From NCBI GenBank assembly GCA_036677065.1, contig JAKFBS010000001.1, positions 640,001 to 704,000 on the forward strand: DNA of 64,000 nucleotides. The letters run 5' to 3'. The first letter of the stretch is position 1; each line of letters begins with the position of its first letter. Positions 9,557 to 18,776 of the stretch are shown piece by piece. Both the position numbers and the translations under genes were made by a program. Below the pieces are notes generated by a model. That model searched no databases. It worked only from the letters and a program-made list of their open reading frames with translations, and was not told the DNA's origin. The DNA is from Bdellovibrio sp. Its GTDB lineage: Bacteria; Bdellovibrionota; Bdellovibrionia; Bdellovibrionales; Bdellovibrionaceae.

Positions 9557-10163
9557 TTTAAAATAGGAAGCTTCATTCGAAGAGTTTCATTCTCCGTTCT
9601 CTTGTTAGTTTAGTTTTTCATTTTAAATTTTGTGGTTCGAACGGGTAAAGGGAATTGCTGTGCAATTCCCTTTATTGTTTGGGGAAGTGTTTTTTCTTTA
9701 TGGATACTTGGGTGGGTTTGTTGGTTGATGGGTGTTTGTTGTTAAACGTGTTTTTGGATTTTTAGATTGGGGTTTTATTTTTGTCCTGTAATTTGGTCTT
9801 GTTAGTTGGTTGAATTCGCTATTTTTTGTGTAGGTTTTTTCGTTGGGGCTTTGGTTTTTTGTTCAAAATCCTTGTCTCATTGCGAGATTTTGCTCGCCCT
9901 TGGTCCAGTTGTGCCGTAATCGGCTGGCTGTTTCCGGCAAGATTACGAAAAATTCGTGGTGCGGTAAGTTTGCGGAATTAGTGAGCATTTCAAAAGCCGA
10001 GGTTTAAATAAGATTGTGTGTAGAAAACTTAACAGCTTTTTGACAATATTGCTTTATTAAATCAAGTCCTGTTGCTAAACTGTATTCAAGTAACCGGTTA
10101 GACCTCAGAAATATTCTATAAGTGGGGTTTTATTTATAGGAATGGTTACTTGAAGGAGCACAA

Positions 10164-10487
10164 ATGTTAACAACACAGACAACAAACCAGATAGAGATCC
10201 TTGCTAAGTTCTTAAAAGAAAAACGTGTACAATCAGGTTTATCACAAAAAGACGTTGCAGAACGCTTAGGTTATTCAACTTCTCAATTCATTTCGAACTG
10301 GGAAAGAGGTATTTCTCACCCACCATTAAATACGTTGAGAAGTTTATCTCAGCTTTACAAAATCAACCCAGAAGAGATGTTTGAAGTCTTATTAAAGGCG
10401 ACAGTAGCTCAGGTTGAAGTAGATCTGAAAAAGAAATTCTATGCTGCTGCAACAACAGCTGCACCAGAAGCTGCGCACGGTTCTTAG
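10164..10487 (+). CDS. XRE/Cro-family HTH transcriptional regulator
   Basis: LSQKDVAERLGYSTSQFISNWERG. Confidence 0.9.
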   Translation: MLTTQTTNQIEILAKFLKEKRVQSGLSQKDVAERLGYSTSQFISNWERGISHPPLNTLRSLSQLYKINPEEMFEVLLKATVAQVEVDLKKKFYAAATTAAPEAAHGS

Positions 10488-10571
10488 TTCCCGAATTAAA
10501 AAGAGGCCGGACTTACGTCCAAGCTGACCGTGTCCGGGCTCTAAATAGCAAAAATTCTCTATCACATTTTG

Positions 10572-10618
10572 ACTCCCTCTAAAAATGGTTATAACCAGAT
10601 TTCGAGGGAGTTTTTTTT
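10572..10618 (+). terminator. Probable intrinsic terminator
   Basis: ACTCCCTC...GAGGGAGT followed by T run. Confidence 0.65.
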
Positions 10619-10681
10619 ATATAAATAAAAAAACATCTACATGTTATTCAGCGAAGTCCTATTTGTGCCGATATATTTTTT

Positions 10682-11215
10682 ATGAAGATTAAATACATTT
10701 TTCTATCAGTAATCGTGCTGTTGTTCTTTTATCAGAACTGTTCTCAGAAGCAGTATAATGAGAATGAAAATCGGCGAAGTCTAAGTGATCTTCAGATTGA
10801 AAAAGTAAGACTACATGATCAGGATCCGACAGAATTAATAAAAGGTTCAGCTGTCCCAGCCTTAATGAGTCGAAATCAATATTTGTTAGATTCTGCTACG
10901 GGCGTTCTTGATGAATACAATGGATCGGGTGATAAAGTTGCGACATATTGTTTAACGCAGGATCTGTTAACTGAAGCTCGCAAAATTCTTTCAAATTCAC
11001 AAGTGTGCAAGCCACTTCCGATGCCTCCTGAGACAGTGTGCGCAGCAGTTATTATTCCTCCTTGGGCAGAACTAATTACTCAAGACGAAGTTATTAAGCT
11101 AGGCTATGGTGGCTGTGATGGAGCTCTAAACCTTTGTGATGACCAATCGGTCGTTTTTAAGCAATGGATATATGATGTTCGAATGAGGCTACCACAACTG
11201 GTTTGTGGCCCATAA
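10682..11215 (+). CDS. Cys-containing lipoprotein, paralog 1
   Basis: Signal peptide ending FYQNC; similar along its length to the next gene. Confidence 0.75.
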   Translation: MKIKYIFLSVIVLLFFYQNCSQKQYNENENRRSLSDLQIEKVRLHDQDPTELIKGSAVPALMSRNQYLLDSATGVLDEYNGSGDKVATYCLTQDLLTEARKILSNSQVCKPLPMPPETVCAAVIIPPWAELITQDEVIKLGYGGCDGALNLCDDQSVVFKQWIYDVRMRLPQLVCGP

Positions 11216-11325
11216 TTATCTCTGCTGAATTTTAACTAAAAATTGCACCTTTTTATCATTTAGAAACGTCTCATTTATGCCGATAGTCTATTGAGACGAA
11301 CTGGATCATGAAAAGGGGCATTAAA

Positions 11326-11889
11326 ATGAAAATTAAATCCATCATATTTTTAGTTGTCGTTTTATTTTTCTCATACCAAAACTGTTCGCAAACACAATTT
11401 GCTGACGAAACTTCACAAAAATCACAAAACGTTGTGAGCAGTCAGAAATTATCTGATCTGCAGGTGCAGAACTTAAAGTTTTTTACTGAAAAAGATTCTG
11501 AAATTCAAAAGGGCGACCATAAGTTTTACGTTAAAACTAAAACGTTATATTCGTTAGATACTGAATCTGGAGTTTTAGCAGAACATGATCAGGCGGCTGA
11601 TACCTTAAATACGTATTGCTTAAATACTGAATTACTAAGTGAAATTCGTTCTTTGATTTCGGGTTCATCGATTTGTCGTAGTGGCCCGTCAACGGCTGAG
11701 GCGTGTGCGCAAGTGATTACTGAGCCTTATGCTGAGCTGGTTACTGCAAGTGATCTGATTCAGTTGGGTTTAGCTTCAGATGCCTGTGGATCAAATAAAA
11801 TTGATCTTTGTGACGATCAATCCAGCGTTTTAAAAGGCTGGATTGAATCTGTTCATTCACAACTACCGCAACTTGGTTGCGGTATATAA
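11326..11889 (+). CDS. Cys-containing lipoprotein, paralog 2
   Basis: SYQNC lipobox-like; shared LSDLQ, TYCL, LCDDQS, LPQLxCG motifs. Confidence 0.75.
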   Translation: MKIKSIIFLVVVLFFSYQNCSQTQFADETSQKSQNVVSSQKLSDLQVQNLKFFTEKDSEIQKGDHKFYVKTKTLYSLDTESGVLAEHDQAADTLNTYCLNTELLSEIRSLISGSSICRSGPSTAEACAQVITEPYAELVTASDLIQLGLASDACGSNKIDLCDDQSSVLKGWIESVHSQLPQLGCGI

Positions 11890-11941
11890 TTTCATAAAAG
11901 GTAGGCCGTCCCTTTTTGGGGAGCAGCGTATTATTGCTGTG

Positions 11942-12730
11942 CTAATCGCAATGCGGAATTCCAATTTCTCCTTTATTGTAAGCGTCTAAATAAGTAGCTA
12001 AGCCCACCATAATTGTACCGGCTGCTGAACCGGGGGCAACAAACCCTGCTCCTACTGGCGGAATCACCAAGCCGCCAATTGCGGTGTTGGCCTCGACAAT
12101 TTTTGCCGCAACCCCTGCACCAAATGCTGCACCAGCAAGGATATTTAATTTCGCCGCAATTAATTGATGCGCTAAAATTAATAAAGCATTTCCTGCTACC
12201 GGCGCATCTAAAATGTCATCTAACTGAGAAGCTGTGTAGTTCACACTGCCTAAGGTCATTTGAACTGGAACTAAAATTGGTACTAAAGCTTGGCCTTGCG
12301 GACTACTTCCCCAAAAACCTTGGGTGCGCGTACAACCCTGATCATTCGGAGTTCTTATTCTATTACCAAATACCACCATATCACTGGAATCTTTTGGTGT
12401 GAGTTCTATTACCACACACTGTGGAGTTGTCGGTATCCAAGTTGGATCTACTGGTAAAACTTCACAAACGGTGTAGGTTTGAAGCGGAAGATTTGTAAAG
12501 TCATAACGACCTTGTGCATCGGTGAAATCAAAATTGTTATAGGGAGTACCGCCGACATTTTGAATGACAATTTTAAAGCCCGGTAAGCGAGGTTCGGCAT
12601 TGTCGACGCCATTGCCATTGAGATCATTAAATTTATGACCGTGAATTGTGCCCCAGGGAGCTGCGTGCGCAACAGTGGTAGCGAAAACTAAAATTAGAAC
12701 AGTAAAGATTTTGTTAACGAAAGATTGCAT
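11942..12730 (-). CDS. Secreted protein with SdrD-B/Cna-B-like domain
   Basis: Signal peptide AHA; GHKFNDLNGNG...TDAQGRYDF..L...Y.V.E...FGN; TQGFWG C-terminal domain. Confidence 0.7.
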   Translation of the reverse strand: MQSFVNKIFTVLILVFATTVAHAAPWGTIHGHKFNDLNGNGVDNAEPRLPGFKIVIQNVGGTPYNNFDFTDAQGRYDFTNLPLQTYTVCEVLPVDPTWIPTTPQCVVIELTPKDSSDMVVFGNRIRTPNDQGCTRTQGFWGSSPQGQALVPILVPVQMTLGSVNYTASQLDDILDAPVAGNALLILAHQLIAAKLNILAGAAFGAGVAAKIVEANTAIGGLVIPPVGAGFVAPGSAAGTIMVGLATYLDAYNKGEIGIPHCD

Positions 12731-12780
12731 GTGATTTTTTTTCCCTTCAGTGCAAAGAATTTTTTAAGAACTCTTTGCAC

Positions 12781-12796
12781 TGCCAGCTTTATGCCA
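12781..12796 (-). promoter_or_regulatory. Possible sigma54 promoter for the SdrD-B-like gene
   Basis: Minus strand TGGCATAAAGCTGGCA (GG-N10-GC), about 50 nt before the start. Confidence 0.4.
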
Positions 12797-12849
12797 AGGG
12801 CTATAAAGATCACATGCTTGTGTTGCAAGGCGAGAAGGGGAATTAAGTC

Positions 12850-15609
12850 CTACGCAATTCCCAATTTCGTTTGTACGACTTTGTTAGCTTCATTGATTTT
12901 TGTGCGATCAGGTACAGCGCCTTGAGCGAAATCAGGTCTACCGCCACCTTTACCACCCAGCACTTGCGCGAAATCTTTTAATAAAGTTCCTGCTTGAAAC
13001 TGAGAAGTTAAATCTTTTGAAACAGAAATAATCACAGGATGAGTGGTTTCGCCTGAACCCATCACAATGACTACGCCTTTTTGGATTTTGTTTTTTAACT
13101 GATCTGTAATTTGCGCTAACACATCACGGTCATCTAAACCGACATCTGCAAAAACGTACTTTGCGGTCTCACCATTAGAGGTTGCAAAGTTCTGCGCCGT
13201 TTTTGCAATTTCATCAACGTTGATTTGGCTAGACTGAGCTTTTTTGATTTGTTTTTGTAAATCTTTAACTTCGTCTTTTTTAGCTTCGATCCATTCAACG
13301 ATTGATTTATCAGAAGCTAAACCTGTTGCTAAGCGCGCTTGTTTTATTTCTTCAGTGTTTTTCATGAAGAATTCAATTACAGCGTCTCCTGTAATTGCTT
13401 CGATACGACGAACGCCGGCACTTACGCCAGATTCAGAGATCACTTTGAAAGCTCTGATTTCAGCTGTGTTATGCACGTGGGTTCCGCCGCATAATTCGAT
13501 TGAGAATGGTTTTTCATTCGCAGATAAAACTGGCTGACCCATGGTTAATACGCGAACTTCATCGCCGTATTTTTCACCGAATAAGGCCATGGCGCCTTTA
13601 TCGATGGCTGCTTTGTGTGACAGCGTTTCAACTTGCACAGTGTGAGCGTGCGAAATTTCAGTATTTACTAATTCTTCGATTTTTTTAATTTCTTCAGAAG
13701 TTAGTGGTTTGTTATGCGTAAAATCAAAACGCGTTTTTGAGCTATCTACTAAAGAACCGGCTTGAGTTACGTGGGTGCCTAATACTAAACGTAATGCTGA
13801 GTGCATAAGATGAGTCGCCGAGTGATTGCTTGCTGTTTGGCGGCGTTCTTTTGATTCAACGTGTGCGTTTACAGAGTCTTGCGCTTTAAGTTCGCCAGTC
13901 ATCACTTCGATTTGGTGTAAGAACACTGAACCTTGCTTGATACAGTCGTGAATTTTAGCATCTACATTTAGCGACAGTAATAAACCATGGTCACCAGCTT
14001 GACCGCCGCCTTCAGCGTAAAAAGGAGTTTGATCTAAAATCGTATAACCAGTTTCGCCAGCTTTAAGTGAAGTCACTTCTTTTGAACCATTTGATAGCGC
14101 TAAAACTTTTGATTTAGAAACTAAGTGGTCATAACCAATAAATTTTGTCGGATTTTTTGAATGCGTTTGGCCGAATTCGATCACATGCTTTTCGTCAGCT
14201 TGTAATGATTTGGCTTTCCAAGATGATTTTGCTTTTTCTTTGGCAGCTTGCATGACTTTTTCAAAGCCAGCTTCATCAACAGCAAAACCTTGTTCTGCAG
14301 CCATCAGTGCAGTTAAATCGACCGGAAATCCGTAAGTGTCGTAAAGTTTGAAAATTGTTTCGCCAGAGATAGCTTTTGCTTTTGCAGCTTTTAATTTTTT
14401 GATCTCTTCCTGAAAAATCACTGTGCCGTTATCAAGAGTTTGTAAGAAGCGGGCTTCTTCGTCTCTGATTGTAGATAGAATGTGATCTTTGCGCGATTTT
14501 AATTCTGGATAAAAATCTGACATCGCTGTGATAAGCGCTTCAGACATTGGCATCAATAACGATTTATCAGTAGAGATTTTTCTTCCGTAACGGATTGCAC
14601 GACGCATGATACGGCGTAAGACATAACCACGGCCTTCATTTGAAGGAAGGGCTCCGTCAGCTAACAAAAATGAAGTCGATCTGCAGTGATCGGCTAATAC
14701 ACGAACTGCGGTTAGTTCTTCAAACTTTTGTTTTTGTTCTTCAGATAATTTGGCATCTGAATTTAAAGTTTTAATATTAGCGCGTTCCCATTTGATCATG
14801 TCGGCGTAATTTAATTTTGAGCCGGCTTTCGTTAAGCCAGTCGTAATAATTTCTTGAAATAAATCTGTGTTGTAGTTGTTCCAGCAGTCTTGAACCGCTG
14901 CAGTTAAACGCTCAAAACCAGAACCAGTATCTACCGATGGTTTTGGCAGTGGATTCATGACTCCTGGTGCTGTTTCTTCAAATTGCATGAATACCAAATT
15001 CCAGATTTCAACGTAGCGGTCTTCGCCGGCTTTGATGGATTCAAAAGGATCAGCGATTTTTCCAAAATCTGGGCCGTGATCGTAAAAAATTTCAGAACAT
15101 GGTCCGCACGGGCCGACATCGCCCATTCTCCAGAAGTTATCTTTTTCACCTAAACGAAAAATGCGATCTTTAGGAACGCCTTCTTGTTTGTGCCAGATAT
15201 CTGCGGCTTCATCGTCGTTTAAGAAAACGGTAACGTATAATTTTTCTTTTGGAATTTTTAATTCAACAGTCAAAAATTCCCAAGCATAGTGAATCGCATC
15301 TTTTTTGAAGTAATCGCCGAAAGAGAAGTTTCCTAACATTTCAAAAAATGTGTGATGGCGCGCTGTAAAACCCACGTTATCTAAATCGTTATGCTTACCG
15401 CCGGCACGAACACATTTTTGTGAAGTTACAGCCTTAACATAGTCGCGTTTTTCTAAACCTAAGAAACAGTTTTTAAACTGGTTCATGCCGGCGTTAGTGA
15501 AAAGTAAAGTAGGGTCATTCTCAGGGATCAAGCTTGAGCTTGAAACAGGGGTATGACCATTTTTTTTGAAATAATTAATAAATGCACTTCTAACTTCAGT
15601 ATTTTTCAT
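12850..15609 (-). CDS. alaS: Alanine--tRNA ligase
   Basis: LLFTNAGMNQFK, HHTFFEMLGNFSFGDYFK, editing-domain HSATH and ELCGGTH, GGKGGGRPDFAQG. Confidence 0.98.
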   Translation of the reverse strand: MKNTEVRSAFINYFKKNGHTPVSSSSLIPENDPTLLFTNAGMNQFKNCFLGLEKRDYVKAVTSQKCVRAGGKHNDLDNVGFTARHHTFFEMLGNFSFGDYFKKDAIHYAWEFLTVELKIPKEKLYVTVFLNDDEAADIWHKQEGVPKDRIFRLGEKDNFWRMGDVGPCGPCSEIFYDHGPDFGKIADPFESIKAGEDRYVEIWNLVFMQFEETAPGVMNPLPKPSVDTGSGFERLTAAVQDCWNNYNTDLFQEIITTGLTKAGSKLNYADMIKWERANIKTLNSDAKLSEEQKQKFEELTAVRVLADHCRSTSFLLADGALPSNEGRGYVLRRIMRRAIRYGRKISTDKSLLMPMSEALITAMSDFYPELKSRKDHILSTIRDEEARFLQTLDNGTVIFQEEIKKLKAAKAKAISGETIFKLYDTYGFPVDLTALMAAEQGFAVDEAGFEKVMQAAKEKAKSSWKAKSLQADEKHVIEFGQTHSKNPTKFIGYDHLVSKSKVLALSNGSKEVTSLKAGETGYTILDQTPFYAEGGGQAGDHGLLLSLNVDAKIHDCIKQGSVFLHQIEVMTGELKAQDSVNAHVESKERRQTASNHSATHLMHSALRLVLGTHVTQAGSLVDSSKTRFDFTHNKPLTSEEIKKIEELVNTEISHAHTVQVETLSHKAAIDKGAMALFGEKYGDEVRVLTMGQPVLSANEKPFSIELCGGTHVHNTAEIRAFKVISESGVSAGVRRIEAITGDAVIEFFMKNTEEIKQARLATGLASDKSIVEWIEAKKDEVKDLQKQIKKAQSSQINVDEIAKTAQNFATSNGETAKYVFADVGLDDRDVLAQITDQLKNKIQKGVVIVMGSGETTHPVIISVSKDLTSQFQAGTLLKDFAQVLGGKGGGRPDFAQGAVPDRTKINEANKVVQTKLGIA

Positions 15610-15672
15610 AATAAATAACATACAAGGTTGGTCTGAAAGCTGCAATTAATTGATGTTATGCGAGGTGATTTT

Positions 15673-16872
15673 ATGAAATACACTCAACGTTTCATTTTGA
15701 GACAATTAGTGCTAGCTGTATTGCTTTTAAGCTCAACAGCATACGGGCAGCTAGCTTGCGGCCAGTTGTTTGATAACAATATTGCGCCTGCTGCACACGA
15801 ACAAGTCAAAGTGGCGATTGGGTCTGATAAATTAACAAAATTAGCGCGCAGTAATGCCCCCCAGTCTTGGGCTTGGTTTAAAACTTATTCTGGTAAATAC
15901 CTTTCAAAAGATATTCTAAAATTTGAAGGCATGATTGATGGCGATCCGCATAACGGTAACTACGGCCCAACAGCAGTAAATGGTAAGGTGAAATGGAAAT
16001 CACTAGATTATGACGATGCGGGAACTGGTCCTTACATTTTAGATTATGCTAAATTTTTAATTTCGATTAAAGCTGTTGATAGCGTAAAAAAAGTGAAAGC
16101 CAGCGAATTATGGGAACAATACCAACGTGGTCTTGAAGGCAAAGATTTTAAAGAAACTCCAGGGTTAATTTCAGAGCTTTTGAATATGTCGGCCAAAGAC
16201 TTTCGTAATTTAGAAGTTAAAAAAGCGGCTAAATTTTCAACGGGCGATAAATTGATTAATGATGGCGAACGCTCTACAAAAATCACTGATAAAAAAATGC
16301 ATAATTTAATTTTAGAAATCTTTCACAGACATTTGCCAGAAGGTACGCAAGTGCTTGATGTGGGCGGCCGCGAAAAAGAAGGTGGCGGTTCTGGTTCAGT
16401 CAATGGTGAAGGTGGAGCTTTACGTTTTGTCGCTTTAGTTAAAGGCGCTGATGGTCGCAATACGCTATTTGAATTAAAACAAGATGCAGAATCAGGAATT
16501 CAAAATTACCAGCCACAAACAGTCACGTTACAAGAGGTTTTAAATTTTCACGTGATCGATAAGGGCGGAAACGATAAAAACTACCAAGAAGTAAATGTGA
16601 ATATTAATGGCGATAAGCGATTTGTTTTGCGTCCGAAACCAATCTATTTTTATGATTACGCGAATAAGGCTAAAACGATGAGCCAGTTTACAGAGTTCGA
16701 AGCCTTGAGCCTTTATAATGCATGGTACAAAGGAATGATGCACGGAAAGCAAAAAAACGGGCAACAGTTCCTGAAAGCTATTCAGGCAGACACAAACGGT
16801 GAAATTTTCGAAGGTTTAAAGAATGTAACTTGGGCGTACCTTGAGCATTTAGAAACCTTCTTGCCGAAGTAA
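15673..16872 (+). CDS. Secreted DUF2252-like (kinase-fold) protein
   Basis: Signal peptide; GDPHNGNYG and LDYDDAG motifs; GSGS; FELKQ. Confidence 0.6.
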   Translation: MKYTQRFILRQLVLAVLLLSSTAYGQLACGQLFDNNIAPAAHEQVKVAIGSDKLTKLARSNAPQSWAWFKTYSGKYLSKDILKFEGMIDGDPHNGNYGPTAVNGKVKWKSLDYDDAGTGPYILDYAKFLISIKAVDSVKKVKASELWEQYQRGLEGKDFKETPGLISELLNMSAKDFRNLEVKKAAKFSTGDKLINDGERSTKITDKKMHNLILEIFHRHLPEGTQVLDVGGREKEGGGSGSVNGEGGALRFVALVKGADGRNTLFELKQDAESGIQNYQPQTVTLQEVLNFHVIDKGGNDKNYQEVNVNINGDKRFVLRPKPIYFYDYANKAKTMSQFTEFEALSLYNAWYKGMMHGKQKNGQQFLKAIQADTNGEIFEGLKNVTWAYLEHLETFLPK

Positions 16873-16918
16873 GTTTTTAAACGCTAACATGGGCACACCT
16901 AAATTAAGGGGAGTGTTC

Positions 16919-17863
16919 ATGTTAGAATCATTAAGTGTTACAACAATTATTATTGCGTTAGTTGTGTTGTCTGTTGTTGGTGGATTATTTGTAACCGTCA
17001 ATCAAGGAACAATCAGCGTTGTTACGATGTTTGGTAAATACCGCCGTATTCTTTACCCAGGGTTAAATTTGAAAATTCCGTTTATCGAAACAGTTTTTCG
17101 CAGAGTTTCTGTGCAAAATCAATCGATCGAATTACAGTTTCAGGCAATCACGATAGATCAGGCCAATGTAAATTTTAAAGCCATGTTATTATATTCTGTT
17201 ATCGATCAGCGCGAAGAAACTATTAAAGATGTAGCTTTTAAATTTATCGATTTCAGCTCTTTAATGCAGACGTTAAACCGTACAGTTGAAGGCAGCGTTC
17301 GTGGTTTCGTTGCGACGAAAAAACAAAACGAAATTTTAGCGTTACGTAAAGATATCGTAAATGCCGTTAAAGAACAGCTTGATGAAGAATTAAGATCTTG
17401 GGGTTATCACTTAATTGATATGCAATTAAATGATATTACTTTTGATGAAACGATCATGGCATCAATGGCGCAAGTTGTGGCTTCAAGCAATTTGCGTGCA
17501 GCTGCAGAAAATGAAGCTTTGGCTTTATTAATTAAAAAAACAAAAGCTGCAGAAGCTGATGGTATTGCGATTAAAATTTCTGCTGAGGCTGAAAAATTAG
17601 CTGCAAAACTTCGCGGTGAAGGTATTGCTCTTTTCAGAGAAGAAGTTGCTAAAGGTATGGCTAAAGCTGCAGATGAGATGAAAAATGCGGGCCTTGATAG
17701 TTCGTTTATTTTATTTTCAATGTGGACTGATGCTCTTAAACATTTTGCTGAAACGGGCACAGGCAACACAATTTTCTTAGACGGTTCAACTGAAGGTTTG
17801 GAAAAAACTATGAAACAAATGACTGTGCTTTCAAATCCAAAATTAAGAAATCCACAAGCTTAA
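16919..17863 (+). CDS. SPFH/band 7 domain protein
   Basis: N-terminal TM, FGKYRRILYPGLNLKIPFIE, Ala/Glu coiled coil. Confidence 0.9.
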   Translation: MLESLSVTTIIIALVVLSVVGGLFVTVNQGTISVVTMFGKYRRILYPGLNLKIPFIETVFRRVSVQNQSIELQFQAITIDQANVNFKAMLLYSVIDQREETIKDVAFKFIDFSSLMQTLNRTVEGSVRGFVATKKQNEILALRKDIVNAVKEQLDEELRSWGYHLIDMQLNDITFDETIMASMAQVVASSNLRAAAENEALALLIKKTKAAEADGIAIKISAEAEKLAAKLRGEGIALFREEVAKGMAKAADEMKNAGLDSSFILFSMWTDALKHFAETGTGNTIFLDGSTEGLEKTMKQMTVLSNPKLRNPQA

Positions 17864-17957
17864 TTGAACCTTACCTAGCGCAGGAGTTGGTCTGCGCCTT
17901 GCTTTGATTCCTCTCTATAACATGACTAAGTGTCATACTGACTATAGAGGGGAATCT

Positions 17958-18533
17958 ATGTTTAAGTTTTTTATCGTTTCGGTGTTATCTTTATGTGCAA
18001 ATTTCGCATTTGCTCAACAAAACTGTATGAACAGTTGTTCTACTGAGTGTGTTCGCGCAGCACAGCAGATTTTAGTGAACTGCAGTGGAGCCACTCCTCC
18101 ACCAACTCAACCATCCGGAAAAACCGCTCTTTATCATTCTGATTCATGTAATGAGAGTGAGCTCATCGCCAACTTAAGATCTGGTACAGACTGTTCCAGT
18201 CAAGTTATAACATCGGCGCAACGCACTTGGGGGGTGAAGGTTCGCGGAACTTGTTACGATGTTTCGGATTTAGAAACGCCCACAGCTTGCATGAAATATA
18301 AAGCTGCCGGAAACGCCGGTGCGACACTTTTTTATCACAGTGATTCTTGTCAGACATCTGAGCTTATTGCGGCAGTTGATGAATCAACTGATTGCGATGC
18401 TTTAGCAAAAGTGTCGAATGATCGCGTGTGGGGTGTTGTAACTGATGGTCAGTGTGTTGATATTTCAGATATGGATTTAAAACAAGCTTGTCTACGTTAC
18501 AAAGATGCTTTTATTTCTGAGAAGAAAAAATAG
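17958..18533 (+). CDS. Secreted Cys-rich protein with two tandem internal repeats
   Basis: Signal peptide AFA; YHSDSC..SELIA...R.WGV...G.C.D.SD present twice. Confidence 0.75.
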   Translation: MFKFFIVSVLSLCANFAFAQQNCMNSCSTECVRAAQQILVNCSGATPPPTQPSGKTALYHSDSCNESELIANLRSGTDCSSQVITSAQRTWGVKVRGTCYDVSDLETPTACMKYKAAGNAGATLFYHSDSCQTSELIAAVDESTDCDALAKVSNDRVWGVVTDGQCVDISDMDLKQACLRYKDAFISEKKK

Positions 18534-18549
18534 TTTTTATCTCTTCTTT

Positions 18550-18573
18550 GTGGGCTGTCTTTCTGACGGCCCA
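18550..18573. terminator. Hairpin, probable terminator
   Basis: GTGGGCTGTC-TTTCT-GACGGCCCAC. Confidence 0.55.
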
Positions 18574-18734
18574 CTCTACAATCCTAATATATATAACCAG
18601 TATTTAAGTCCTTTAAGTTGTTTCAAAATTTCGCTTCTATATTTTACTTCGTAATTAAGTTGTTCCATTTGCGTGTCTCCTTGTTAAAACCAAAGTAGCG
18701 CTATTTGATATTTTTTAAAATAGTGTCGATAGAG

Positions 18735-18751
18735 GTATCAATATATGATAC
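18735..18751. promoter_or_regulatory. Palindromic operator candidate upstream of the XRE regulator
   Basis: Perfect GTATCA-ATATA-TGATAC. Confidence 0.55.
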
Positions 18752-18776
18752 TTTTAATGGGTAAAAGGAGCGAATT

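Noticed and set aside
9950..10160. c-di-GMP or other riboswitch in the XRE leader
   Set aside because: No conserved riboswitch core recognisable by eye; an Infernal/Rfam scan would be needed.
10164..12730. Prophage or mobile island suggested by the XRE regulator
   Set aside because: No integrase, transposase, phage structural gene or att-like repeat was seen.
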